NCBI GenBank assembly: GCA_965178125.1
Contig: OZ237761.1
Location: 372,001-436,000 of the forward strand
From: Bilabrum cf. latius
Taxonomy: Eukaryota
Length of the DNA stretch: 64,000 nucleotides
Reading direction: 5' to 3'
Shown piece after piece: positions 38,459 to 51,651 of the stretch. The position numbers were made by a program, and so were the translations under genes. Below the pieces are notes generated by a model. It was not told where the DNA came from and searched no databases. It saw only the letters and a program-made list of their open reading frames with translations. How positions within the stretch are numbered: the first letter of the stretch is position 1; each line of letters starts with the position of its first letter.

Positions 38459-41400
38459 ATGTGCTGCTCCCGAGACGGATATTTTGAGCGATGGCTTCGA
38501 GCATGTTGGGTCTCGTACTCCCCACCGGCGTCATTTAGCAGCGCGTACGAGCAGTATGCGCTTGAGTACGTCTGCAAACAGAATCTTATCTCAAATAGCA
38601 GTTTTAGGCTGGGAACCGCTGCTTCTAGCAAGGAGGGAAGCGATAAGCTGCGAGTGATGCCGTGCGCAATGTGCGCCAGGTCATCGGAGGGAGGGCCACT
38701 AAAGTGTGGGGTAATGGTGTAGCCACAACATCAGATATCTGCATGTTGCCTCCGATGGCCGATGACTCTTGGCCCGAGTATCGCGCCGGTCGGGCTAGAG
38801 CGATATTTTCGTCTATACGCTGTAGAGGCTCTTGCGAGCATGCAGAGAGCCATTTACACGATTTGCTCGGTCATGGCGCTGTTCTATTGGGCGGATACTA
38901 CATTTCTTGCAGTTGGAGACCCGCGCTTCCCGGAATTGGACCACAGCAAGCAGAGCTATCGAGTTGCGGTAGCAGCCAGGACGGTCATGTTTTTGTGCAT
39001 GGTTACGGGCCTAGTTGTGTACTATCACCGGTACTCGATTCCGAATGGATGGATAAAGTGTCTAGAAACCCTCATATGGATCATTGCGACTGCCTGCCAG
39101 ATGATCCGGGCATCACTGGCTGGAAATGACGTAGAGTTTGCTCGCTTCTTGAGCGGCTGGAGCGGTGTGATAAAGCTGCTGGTCGTGACATTCAGCGGAA
39201 TGGGCTTCGAAATGTCGCTTGTATTTACGCTGTTTAACATCATGGCCATGAACTACACGCAGTACGTGCGGGCACCAGAGGGTGAGCGCTTCGGCTCGGT
39301 GCAATGGAGCCTGACCACCAGCGCCATCGCCATCGGGGCGGCGTGGATGGTGGCGTACGCGACGAGAGCCACGTTCGTGCTTCGATTGCGGCTGTACCAC
39401 CAGCTGGTACGCGGCGCAAACGCGGCCACTTCTCAGCACAGGCTGCTGGACGAGTCCCCCGCGTCGGTCGTGCTGGTGGGCTCCGGGTATGCCACCGTGC
39501 GACCAGATGCTCGCACAGGTGCAGGGGCTGGGACAGGGGCAGGGGCAGGGGCAGGGGCAGGGGCAGGGGCAGGGACAGGGGCAGGGGCGTCAAACGCGCA
39601 ACAGTATGGCATCGGACGCAAAATCACGAAGCGTTCAAGCCCTCTGTCTGAGCCAATCTAGGGCCAGTCCGCGACCGAGGCCCCGCCCCGGCCAATGCGA
39701 ATCGACGTGCACCACCACCCCCCGGTGCTGCTCGCCACCACCGGCCTGCACAGAATGATCGAAGCCCTGTAGCAGGCTGCGCTGAAGCACGGTCTGCCAT
39801 GGGAATCAGTAGCTAAGTATTTCCCCCCTAGTAGGTCTGACCTTTCACAGATGGCAAGCGGTACAGGCCATCGGCAGGGACACAAGGACGTGGCGATGCT
39901 GAAGCACGCAGGGGCCTCGCTGGTGGACTTGCTGGGTGTGTATAGCCAAGACCGGCCACTAGCTCTGTGGGCGCTGTTTTGTCCTCCAGATAGGATGCAA
40001 GAGCAGTTTCTTCGCTCGGCCTTGCGCGTGTCACGGTCGGTTTCTGCCAATTCCCTCTAGCTGAGGAAGAGCATCCAAGGCCACGCTGGCTTCGCCGCTG
40101 CTTGCCATAGCAGCCAAGGAGAGGGATAGGCGGACGTTCATCCGAACGAAAAAGACTCGCGGGTGTCGATGCATGGGAATATGCATGGAACAACGGCATA
40201 GGGTGCTTCCAAAGAGCAATCTGGACGTGTGCGGGGCCTTGCGTTCGAGAGGCCTGGCGTGCGCATGCGACGGCTTGGGCGAGGCGAGTCAGAGGCAGAG
40301 GTGGACAGCCACCAATCCTTGCGAGTATCAAGCGGTACCACATCCGGGTCTTCTCACCTGCAAAGCAGCTCTGGTGGAAAGCAGGATGGTGTAATTAGTA
40401 AGCAGCGCATCGACGGGATGGAAGTTTATGACTAGCAAATACATGTGGCCTCGGCCCCGTATGCTTTCCCCGCGCAGCACGCCGCCCCGGCAGCCGATCC
40501 GTCCGGCATGTTCGCGCATCAATCTCATGGTGTGGCTGTGCTGGACTGGTACCGTGCCGAGGCACTGGAGAGGGAACAAAGATCTTCGATCCTGCGTGGG
40601 GTTAGCACGGGTAGTCCAGTGAGACAGTCGCTGGGAGGGACGAGTGTTTTGCCGGGACCTCTCGCGCTGGGCGCTAGTGAACCAGCCAGCAGCTTTTGGG
40701 ATTGCTTGCTGCCGCCATGTTGCTCTAGAAGCGATGCATCGATCTGTTGCGGTCCTTGTTGCTGCGGATACACTGACGACCCATCCGAGACGCTGGCGGG
40801 GCCCAACGACAGTGTGTACGCTCTGCATCTGGCATTGCGCCAGCTGTACCTGGTGAGCCGCACGGCTGCCAGCCTTGGTGCCGTTCTCGAATTGAGACAG
40901 CTCGAAGATGTGCGCGAGGCCACGGAGCCATGGGATCACATAGAGAGGGCGAACGCGTACTAGCAGAAGCTTCTCCGTGAGCAGTCCAGGCGCAGGTTGC
41001 AGCTTGATCAGGAGTTGCTGCAGAAGTAGGCAGCCGACGAGCAAGAACGCAAGCAGCTGCAGAGGCTGCCGGGTGGTCGGCTCGCCACCCACGCTAGGGG
41101 CCCACCTGTGACGGCGATGCACGAGGGAACAACGTCTGGTAGACGGTCGCAGGTGTCCACCGGCCTGTTTGGTGCGGGCCGCAGGCGCGTTCAGCGGAAT
41201 TTGTCCGTCGTGCACGAGAGGCAATCAAGTGGTCACGCCGAGGATGTGGAGCACAGCAGTGAAATGGTCGGGGCAGGCCCATCCTCTTACGAGGAGCTTG
41301 GTCACGACAGGGCTGCGAAAGCCAACAGCAGCAGCAGCAGTGCAGCTGGTCCCGCAGGTGGCGGTGAGCCCCTTCTCGACATCGGGGGGGAGCAGCTTGT

Positions 41401-42793
41401 GGCCATGGGCTCTGATTTCAGCGCATCGGGTCTCAACGTTTCGAGTTCGGAAGCGGTGGGGTACGTTGCTTCGAATTCGGGCAAGTCTGGAGAGAGCATG
41501 GGAGACGCTAGGATGGCCGGTGGGTCCCTTATGAGCGGGAGCCGAAGTGCTCGTAGCATGCTGGGATTCCGTGCGGCAGCAGGTCTGTCGAACGGAGCAA
41601 CGAGTCACAATGCCCTATCTCGCGACAGCCTCGAGCTGCCGCAGGGCGAGCAAGCAGCTCACGCGCTTGGTGTGGATGACGGGAGCAGCTCCGCTGGAAG
41701 CAGCGAAGGGGACTGGATGGAGGAATCTGGAGACGGCAACTCGCGCGAAGCGAAACCTGGCGGTGAGGGCAAGCAGTGCAATAAGATTTCTAGCGGGCGA
41801 AGTGGAGCTCTAGTCATGGACCATGGTGGTGTGGAGTAGAGTGGCAGGAAGCGGGGTGTGGAAGCCTCCAGTTCGCAGTCGGGGGACACATCAGGTACAG
41901 AGGACAGCGCAAGTGAAATCAGGCTGCGAGCGACTAGCGATGCGCGTGCCAGCGACGATTAGGGTGCTTCTGGCCGTGCCATGGAGCAGCCATCTGGAGG
42001 TGTCGAGCTCGGACACGGGCACAGGCACGGTGATGAGGACGAGGCTGCCTCCTCCCGAAGTGTTAGACTTCGCTCAATCGCCGTGGATTCCATCGCACCC
42101 GAAGCGACGCTCGCCTCTCGGATTCGACTCGTCCCTCCATCCTCGTGGAGCAATGCAGGTGACTCGGGAGCTGCTGCAGCACTTGTGCGAAGGGACAGGG
42201 TTGGCTCGACAGACTCGCGGGGTTCCTCTGCTGCCGCTGGAACCGTGGATGCACGGCATGTGGATGTCGAGAAAGGTCTGCCGGAGGGTAGGAATACTCT
42301 GAGAGGCAGTCGGCGAGGAAGTGATACCAGCGGCAGTCATCAGTTCGCTGCAGTCTACCACCAGGAACAGTCCGGGCGACGTGACTCCATCGAGATGCAC
42401 GGCATGATGCGGCTGAAGCAGCAGTTTCGAGGCCTCATATCCACGTTGGACTCGCCAGTTGGCCCTGGTTCGGCTTCGAGTCCTGCTCGCGGCGGGGCAC
42501 ATGATTTCGATCTGGATCGGGGGTTTCCAACGCAGGGCAAGGTGGAGTCGCGGGTCGATTCAAGGGAATACTAGCCGGAGGATTCCTGGACGTATGAGGG
42601 CGACAGATAGGGAGACGGGCATGAAGTTCGACCCGCTGCCGGGTAGGGCTGGCCCATCCTTCGGTCCACCCCTGACGAGAGGCATGTCGTGCTGCGGGTG
42701 GGGCTGGGCAACACGGTGGTGGCTGAGGTGTACCTGATGGCGAGGAGGCACGAAGGGGGCGCGGTTGTGTCGCTGACCCTGATGTCGAACTGA
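38459..42793 (+). CDS. 6-TM receptor-like protein, tandem paralogue 1 (~1444 aa)
   Basis: Intronless single frame with about 14 TAGs and a TGA stop; shares all conserved blocks with paralogues 2-5. Confidence 0.85.
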
Positions 42794-43050
42794 AATAGTT
42801 GAATTCGGGTTGTAGTCATGCTTCGTGGTCTGTATACGCCCAAGATGCGAGCTGGGTACGCCAAGGTGCGCAGTCGCTTTCGTCACACATCACCTGTGCT
42901 GCCTAAACTTCAGTTCACGCATTATTCGAACTTCAAAAAAGTAGTGGAGACCAAAAATCGTTCTAACCATAAAATATACTTCGAAGAGGTCTGGCACACA
43001 TCTTTAATAGTTTAATAGTTGGCGTGGCAGACCAATTATCCCTTGTTGCC

Positions 43051-46000
43051 ATGTGCAGCACAGCGTTCGCCCGCTTGTGGCGGAGCGTGTTGATGCAAGT
43101 GGCGCCACCCGCTTCATACAGTCAAACATTTGAGCAATATGTACTAGAACATGTGCTCCAATCAGAAATGAAGGCGGATTCGATAGAGCAGAGGGATGAG
43201 GCACCGCAGAGCGGACTCGATAGCGGCCCGATCAGGCATGTTAGAGCACAATGGTGCGGCTGCTGCAGCAAGGCCACTGGTCCCATGTAGCAAAATTCAT
43301 AGTCTTCATGTTATGAGGGCTGGCGAGCCGCGTGGCTGCGATGGCCGCCTTCCTGTGGCCCAAGCCTGTCTCCTCCAAGAGTAGAGCACATGTACTCATT
43401 GTACTCTGTCGAAGCAACCAGCACGTATCGCCGAGGGGTATATTTAGTATGTTTGGCATTGGCTATGTACTACTGGTTTGATTCAGTGGTGTTCGATGTG
43501 CACAACCCCACATTTCCTGAATTGCGCCCTGATCGCACCTCGTACCAGTGGGCAATCGTTGGTCGCAGCTTGCAGCTCGGCGCGATGATTGTCTGCATGT
43601 TGGTATATATCAATCGCTACAGCGTGCCCAGTGGATCCCTTAAATTCGTAGAGCTACTCATGTGGATTTTGACTTCACTAGGGCAGCACATACGAGCGTC
43701 GCTGTCAAAGGACCCAGTCGAGTTTAGCCGATTCATTACCGGCTGGGGCGCCCTGGTGAAGCTGGCGGTTGCAACATTCACTGGTCTTGGCTTTGAGCTG
43801 ACGACCATTTTCTGCCTCTTTGATACGCTGGCTCAGAACTACGTACAGTATTTCTACGACCCGGCGCACCTTCGGCTGGCATCGCTCCAATTCAGCCTTA
43901 TCAATGGCCTGCTGGCAATGGCTGGAAGCTTCTGGCTGGAGCACGCAGCCCGTGAGACCTTCCTGCTTCGCCTGCGCCTATACACGCAGCTGGTGCGAGG
44001 CGCCAATGCCGCCCTCTCCCAGCACGGCATGCTGGACGGGTCTCCCGCCGCTGTGGCCCTGGTGGGCGCGGGGTATGCCACCGTGCGTCTCGACGCCGGC
44101 CCCAACTCCACAGCGGGGCATGGTGTGTCGCCTGGCAAACGCTGCTATCGAATCGACCTGCACCGCAATCCCACCGTGGTAGTGTCCACCACGGGCCTGC
44201 AGCGAATCCTGGACGGCTTGCAGGAGGCCTTCCAGAAGCACGGGCTGGACTGGATGCACACCCAGGAGAGCCTGGATGAGAGCTCACACGGCGGAGGTAG
44301 AGGAGCCCGCAGCCGCTCTATGGACGATGGAGATGGCGATGGTGGTGGCAGCAGAGAGAAAGCCCCCATGCTGAAGTACACCGGCAGGGACTTAATTGGC
44401 ATGCTGGGTGTGTGCGGGCAAGACAGGCCCATCGCGTACTGGGCTCTCTTCTGTGCCTCGGACAGGCAAGACTCTGACTTTCGCACGGCTGCTCTGCGCG
44501 CATCTTTGAACCACGGAGTGCACTCTGTGTCTCTCGTTTAGGGCATCGAGAAGCATAAGGCCTTTGCTGGACTCAGGAAGAGGAAGACGAGAGCCAGGGA
44601 GCCGGCATGCAGCAGTGCATCGGGCGCGTTGGCGGGACAAGACGGATCGCCTCGCGCCCAGAAGTCATTGTCCCAGCCAAGTAGCTCCAGCACCTCATCC
44701 AATACATCCGAATAGCGAGCCAGTCCCAAAGCGCCCGCGGTTCCCAGGGCAAGCGAGAGTGCGCAAGGGTGGGAGTACAGTGATTCGCCGCCTGCCAAAA
44801 CGACCGCTGACTCGCGACACCTGGGCATGCACATGCTGCTATCTCCAACGCGTAGTCGGTATGACCATTCGCATGATCGAAGCCCCGCAAATGATACGCG
44901 AACAGAGCTCGACCATTAGAACAGGCGGGATCGCAACATCATCCCTTCAGCTGGCCAACCAGCCACCATCCGGTGGGCCGCCTCCGACCGGGGTGGAATG
45001 GGCGCCTCGGTGGACGAGAGCTTCAGCACGCAGAGCGTGATCGAACACCCACAAGTCGTGTCGGCGTCGAGTGCTGCCAGAGAAGAATCCTCGGCTCCCG
45101 TTGACGAGTTCGACGTTGCCGTGCAGGACTGGACTGCGCAGAACACAGCTAGCTCTCGCAGCCTCGCTACAGGCGGGCGCGGGCAGCCACGAGCTCCAGC
45201 AAGGGTCCCACGGAGGGGCTCACATGGATCAAGTGCGCAAAGAAATGGGAACCTCGGTACAGATACCGGCGAGGGTGCTAGCAGATCGTGCGCAAGGGAC
45301 GCTGCTATGGCTTGTGATATTGCTTTCGGTTGTAACCCGTGCTGCTGCCTGTCTTTCTGCTGCGATTGCCGCTTCGATGGACCAGTACGAGAGGTAGGCG
45401 GTCCCGGTGACAGCATCTTGCAGCTGTCCGACAGACTCACGGAGCTCTTCTATGTCAGTCGATCTGCAGCGAGCGTCGGGGCAACGCTGGAGCTGCAGCC
45501 GCTGCAGCAAGTCAGGGCCGCGGTGGAGCCGTGGCACGAGCTGCAGCGCATGAAGGAAGAGAGCGAGCGCCTGCAAGATGCATCGCTGCGGCGAGCGAGC
45601 GACCCTGCCGGTGCCGGGCTGCACCGTATGCGGTCCTTGTACGACGATCCTGGTCTGATCCGAGCGATCTCGTCGCATCACGAGGAACCGGTGCCAGCTC
45701 TCCGGAGGTACGGGAGCCGTCGCAAGCCGAAGCCACGCGCGAATGCCTTCCCTGGTGTTGCCTACGCACCCGATCCAGATGACAGCAGCCGGCTGTCTAC
45801 CACTCACGAGGCAGGAGGCCAGGATCCTACTGTGAGGATGGCAGAAAGCGCGTCACACCCTGAAGGCCGGCACCAGGATCAGGTTCGCCCAGCGTCAGAG
45901 ACAGGGGCGCAGCACGTGGAGCCTCTCGCGGAGTTTCCCGGCGGACGGCTGGTGGCGCGTTCCCAGTCATCGCAGATGAATAGCTCCAGGGCGCTGAGGT

Positions 46001-47166
46001 CTTCCTCAGCTGCGTCCGTGCAAATGCCACCGGAGGCCATGAGCGGTGGAGCTTTGAGGGGTGACCATGCAGGTCGAGGCGCCAATGTGCGGCAGCTCGC
46101 ACCCTTGTAGTCGAGCGTGACTGGATCGGGCTGCTCCACCCAGTCGTCCGCGAATGCGACCCAAGATGGCATCGAGCAGTTCCTGCATCGTGCCGGGCCA
46201 GATCGCAATATAAGTCCTGCTCCAGTGTCTCTGGACTCACGCACGGACCGCAGCCGGCTTCACCTCGCTAACGACACAGTGGAACCACAGCAAGGTGGCG
46301 ATACCGCGGATACCGGAGACACGGGCGGCCACGACGACGTTCACGGTAGTGCGGTGTTCCGGTCCTGTCCAGCCGGAAGCAGAGCAGCACAGATACGAAG
46401 AAAGGCATCGAGTTCCGGCAGATCAGGCTCGCCGGGGCTGGCAGCTGCAGCAACGGTGGCCGCCCGCATTCGCCTCGTTCAGCCACCGGAGTGGCAGGAC
46501 CAGAGTGTGGGCAAGGGACTGCTGAGGACCGGCATCGACCCGAAGAAGACGAACAAAAGGAACAAGAGTGTAAAAGCAAAAGCAAGGCAGACGCTATTGC
46601 AATCGCAATCGGTGACTGGCAACGAGGAAGGTGCAGCCGCTGGCAGCATAGGTCGGATTACAGGTAACTTAGTAGGGGATGTAGAGCCATCTCATTCTGG
46701 ATCCACAGGTGACGATCAAGAGCACCTCAGGTACCGGTCGGGCGGTGCCGGGGCTGCTGCAGTGGACAATCAGCAGGTCCAGCAGATGGTGGAGGTGAAA
46801 CGCAGGTTCCGGGGCTTGTTGTCCAGGCTGCAGGGACACGAAGATGAGAATGTGTATTCTGGCCAGGAGCATCATGATGATGGGTCTCATTGGGCACTCA
46901 GTGCATCCCTGGCGCGTGACGATGGGCGGGGATTGGCGAGTGGCGACGCTGGACGCGGGGCTCACCGCGCCGGGGAGCACGCATGGCCCCATAACGTCTC
47001 TTCGCCGAGGCCCAGGAGCGGCTGGCCCATCCTTCGGTCCACCCCTGACGAGAGGCATGTCGTGCTGCGGGTGGGGCTTGGCAACACGGTAGTGGCTGAG
47101 GTGTACCTGATGGCGAGGAGGCACGAAGGGGGCGCGGTTGTGTCGCTGACCCTGATGTCGAACTGA
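43051..47166 (+). CDS. 6-TM receptor-like protein, tandem paralogue 2 (~1371 aa)
   Basis: Single frame, 6 TAGs, TGA stop; six hydrophobic helices followed by EHAARETFLLRLRLY...LDGSPAAVALV. Confidence 0.88.
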
Positions 47167-47227
47167 AATAGTTGAATTCGGGTTGTAGTCATGCTTCGTG
47201 GTCTGTATACGCCCAAGGTGCGAGCTA

Positions 47228-47267
47228 GGAAGGAAGGAAGGAAGGAAGGAAGGAAGGAAGGAAGGAA
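47228..47267 (+). repeat. (GGAA)10 microsatellite
   Basis: Directly visible, downstream of paralogue 2. Confidence 0.97.
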
Positions 47268-47502
47268 ATTCTGGTTTAAGATGCAATAGGTACGCCAAGG
47301 TGCGGCGCGTTGTTGAATTGAAGATGAAAACATGTACTGGCTGGCTACAAAAATAGCATTTTGCACTCTGGGTGAATACTTTCTTGCCTAGTGCAGCATA
47401 TTAAGCTTGTATGCTCAAATAAAGGTAGTTCCTTTTTCATCTAGCAGGTTTTAATTGATCGCGCCGGACTTTGCACGTGCCTGTCTGCCTAATTTGTGGA
47501 GC

Positions 47503-50500
47503 ATGTGCATAGCAACTATTTAGTCGTTGTGGAGAAGCATCTCTATGCAGCTTGCGCCCCCAAAGTCGTACATTCAAACGGTAGAATAGCACGTGCTTGA
47601 GCATGTGCTACAGTAGATCAGTGTAGGCTAGAAGGCAATTACAGAGTCAGCGCAAGCTAAAGTGCTATGGTGCAGCTGCTGTAGCCGACCTAGCACAAGC
47701 GCCTAGCCCTCAATCCATGGTAGCAACCTACTAATATTTGATGGCTGTAGGGCTTCATGGCTCCGGTGGTCCCCTGCGTGGGGGCCAAGCATCGCACCTC
47801 GACCGGTAGAGCACATGTACTCCATGTACATGGTAGAGGCGTATGGGACCGTTCGTCGAGCAGTGTATGGCGTCTGCCTCTGTCTTAGTTTGTACTATTG
47901 GCTTGATACAGCAGTTTTGGCGGTAAATGATCCGCTGTTCCCAGAACTTGAACCAGATCGCAAGTCATACCGGTGGTCTGTAGCTGGTCGCATCATGCAG
48001 TTCGCATCCATGGTGATCTGCATCGCAATATATACAGAGAGATTCGTCATACCATCAGGCGCCATTCGCCTGCTTGAGCTGCTGATGTGGATGCTGGCGT
48101 CGCTGGGACAGCACGTGCGTGCATCCCAGGCACAGGAGCCCATCGAGTTCAGCCGGTTTTTGACAGGTTGGGGGGCTTTGGCGAAAATGTCAGCGGCCAC
48201 ATTCAGTGGACTCGGCTTTGAGCTGACGGCCATTTTCTGCCTCTTTGACACGCTGGCTCAGAACTACGTACAGTATTTCTACGACCCGGCGCACCTTCGG
48301 CTGGCATCGCTCCAGTTTAGCCTCGTCAACAGCGCCCTTGCGATTGCAGGAAGCTTTTTGCTAGAAAAGGCCGCCCGTGAGACCTTCCTGCTTCGCCTGC
48401 GCCTGTACACGCAGCTGGTGCGAGGCGCCAATGCCGCTTTGTCCCAGCACGGCATGCTGGACGGGTCTCCCGCCGCTGTGGCCCTGGTGGGCGCGGGGTA
48501 TGCCACCGTGCGACCAAATGCTCCAAAACAAGCAGATTCAAAGGAGACGTGCACTAAGCGATATTTACGAATCGACCTGCATCGCAATCCCACCGTGGTT
48601 GTGTCCACCACGGGCCTGCAGCGAATCCTGGACGGCTTGCAGGAAGCCTTCCAGAAGCACGGGCTGGACTGGATGAATTTTGTGAGGGGTGGTCGGGACG
48701 CTATGCCCCAAGACGATATCGTCAGCTCGCGTATCGGACATTTTAGCTCGCAAGCGCCCATGCTCGAGCACACGGGCAAGGACCTCGTCAGGATGCTCGG
48801 CGTGTGCAAGCAGGACAGACCGCTGGCCTACTGGGCGCTGTTCTGCGCGCCTAATCGGCAGGACGATGACTTTCGTGCTGCTGCTCTGCGCGCGTCTCTG
48901 AGCTTGGAGGAGCACTCTGTGTCGCTGCTGAAGGGCATCAAGAATCATGGCGCATTCACTGGCTTGCGGACGGTTCAAGTTGATCGCAGGGAGCAGCACA
49001 CAGGCCCTCAACGACTTGCTTCGAGCGATCCTTCATAGGACCTCGTGACCGCGTCGAATGGTGGGCTTGGGAATCTCTCGCCGGCGTCCAAGGGTGGTGC
49101 ATAGCTTCGTGTAAGCGAGTATGTTCGTGGTGGCGGAGTTAGCGGGGAGGATGAAGATACCGCGCTGCAATCGATCAAGTTAGCTGCTGATGGTCGGGCA
49201 GCCCAGCTGAACTCGCCTGCCGGCAGTAGCAACGACACCCAACGTTCCCATGTAACGGCGAAGGAACTGACACTGCTAGGCAGGGTGGTGGCAATGTCAT
49301 CTGCACACCCGCCTACAAGTGTTCACGCTCACTCACAACGACCCAATTCTGTTAACACTCAGTCGACTGGCGCCACGGATCATCCCGCCGCCGGGTCGGT
49401 CGACGCTAGCTCGAGTGCCCACACCATGCCAGGCGACCCAAGTTTTCTCACGCATCTGGGGGGACCACATGTGCAGGACCATGCAAACGGCTTGCTTGTT
49501 GCGAGTGAGCCGTGGGTTGAAAGCTCGTACCAATCAATAGACGTGGCTGTGCAAGACTGGACAGGCACCACGCTGCGGCAACGGTCGGGCCCTGGACGTA
49601 CTAGGACGGAAGCTCAATAGCCGCGAGAGTTTGAAGAATCACGCACGGCTGGCACCGGTAGCAATGTAACCATGTCATCTTTGCTGTGTGACTGGGCGGC
49701 GTGCTGCCTTCGAACATTTGTGGTTTGTGATGTTGTTTTTGGCTGTGGTCCGTGCTTGTACTGCTGCTAGTGCTTTCGCTAGGTCATCGAGGGAGACTTG
49801 CCCGGCGAGCACAGCGATGCCATTCTTCAACTAGCCGACCAGCTGACTGAGCTATTCTACGTCAGCAGAACAGCGGCGTACTACGGTGCCTCGCTGGAGC
49901 TAGAGCCACTGGAGCAAATCAGGAGTGCGGTGGAGCCCTGGCAAGAGCTTGATCGAATGAGGCTGGCAGTCGCCCGGCGGGGAAGCGGTGAGCCCCATTC
50001 CTACGGGTTGTCATCGCCTGCGGTAGAGACTCCGTCGGACAATCAAATACGGTCAGTGTATGATGATCCAGGCGTTGTCAACGCAGTGGCAGCACCTCCT
50101 GAAGAGCCTGTGCCGGCTCTCCGCAGGTATGGCAGCCGGCGCAAGCCCAAGCCGCGCACGCAGCATATTCCGGGGGCCGCATACATGGTGAAAAGCGATG
50201 GTTTGCAAGGCACGAAGAGCTCTCAGAGCGTCGATGCCGCTGCCTTTGGAATCGAAATGGGGATTTCGCCCGTCACGGGCCAGAGTTAGGCTCGATCGAC
50301 GCATGCATCGCAGTAGCCCACTTCCAGCACTACTGGCTAGGTGTATGAAGAGAGGTAGCCAGACGCAGCAGCCCCCGGAGAATTTCCTGAAAGAATACCA
50401 CATTCAGGATACGTGTCTACGGATCGAAGTGCTACTGGACCACCGTTGTCGCCCTTGTCATCTTCCAAAGTTCAGGCGAGGCAGGCACATGGCAGGCTAC

Positions 50501-51459
50501 GGCGGGCGAGAGTGTTCCCATCTCAGTCTGATGCTAGCATCAAGACCACGAGCCAAGACATACACCTGCAATCCAAGCCAGGCAGATTACGAGGCGGAGG
50601 GACGCTGGCCAAGGAGGTCCGCGAAGACGCAGAGCCTGTCGAGCTCGGCGCCACGTACCGCAATTTCGAAGGACATCAGGGTTTGGCAGCTGCCAGCGGT
50701 CACGACCCGGCTGGGAGCCTTCGCTTGGGCGGGCTTGGAGGTCACGCTGGACACGTGCCGCCTGCCACTACAGTAGCATCCCGGATTCGCCTCGTTCACC
50801 CAAGCCGTTGGCAAGGGCTGCCGTCTTCTGCCGGACTCCTTGGCGCAACCGAACAGCAGCAGTTGAGGCAGCCGCAGGTGCAGGGCAAAGGAGGAGCATC
50901 CGCCCCGAAAGCGGGTGCGGACGACGATACATCGGATGCATCGTTTGCAGAATCGGGCATGCAACCAGACCGTGGAGCATCGGAAGCTGGCCAGCTCACG
51001 CAGGTACAGGAGATGGTGGAGGTGCGGCGTCGGTTCCGTGGCTTACTCTCTAGACTGCAAGGGCAGGGGCAGGGGCAAGGTCTGAGACATATCAAACACA
51101 CTGGATCGAGCATTGCTGTCGGCACTGGAGATACCAGCAAGAGCGCGCGGAAGATGCACGCTGCTGTGGGCGGCGAGGAGGTACCTAGGCCTTTGCGGCA
51201 GCCTGGCTACTAGTAGGAGGAACAGCAGGACGATTTGGCGGAGCTCGGGGACGATTACGTGCATGATCTATCTCGGTCACTGTAGCGATCGTCTTCACGG
51301 CGATCGGATAGCGGCTGGCCCATCCTTCGGTCCACCCCTGACGAGAGGCATGTCGTGCTGCGGGTGGGGCTGGGCAACACGGTGGTGGCTGAGGTGTGCC
51401 TGATGGCGAGGAGGCACGAAGGGGGCGCGGTTGTGTCGCTGACTCTGATGTCGAACTGA
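47503..51459 (+). CDS. 6-TM receptor-like protein, tandem paralogue 3 (~1318 aa)
   Basis: Single frame with about 17 TAGs, including TAG TAG at 51211-51216; TGA stop. Confidence 0.85.
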
Positions 51460-51651
51460 AACCACATCACATATTTCACGAAGCATGGTCGCTCGTCACA
51501 CCTCGTCCACGGACCCAAATCGAACTAGCCGACGTTTTGACACAAATCACGACAGATTATAGTTAAACTTGTGTAAAGACTGAGCCATACGTTGATTAGC
51601 TGATTCGCCTGTCCAAATCTATATTCGCTACACCTAGATTGCCGCATTGTG

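Noticed and set aside
39517-39590. (GGGGCA)n run and similar runs at 1603-1645 and 34216-34262 as independent repeat elements
   Set aside because: They are in-frame low-complexity coding repeats (Gly-Ala, Ala-Ser-Ser-Ser, poly-Ser).
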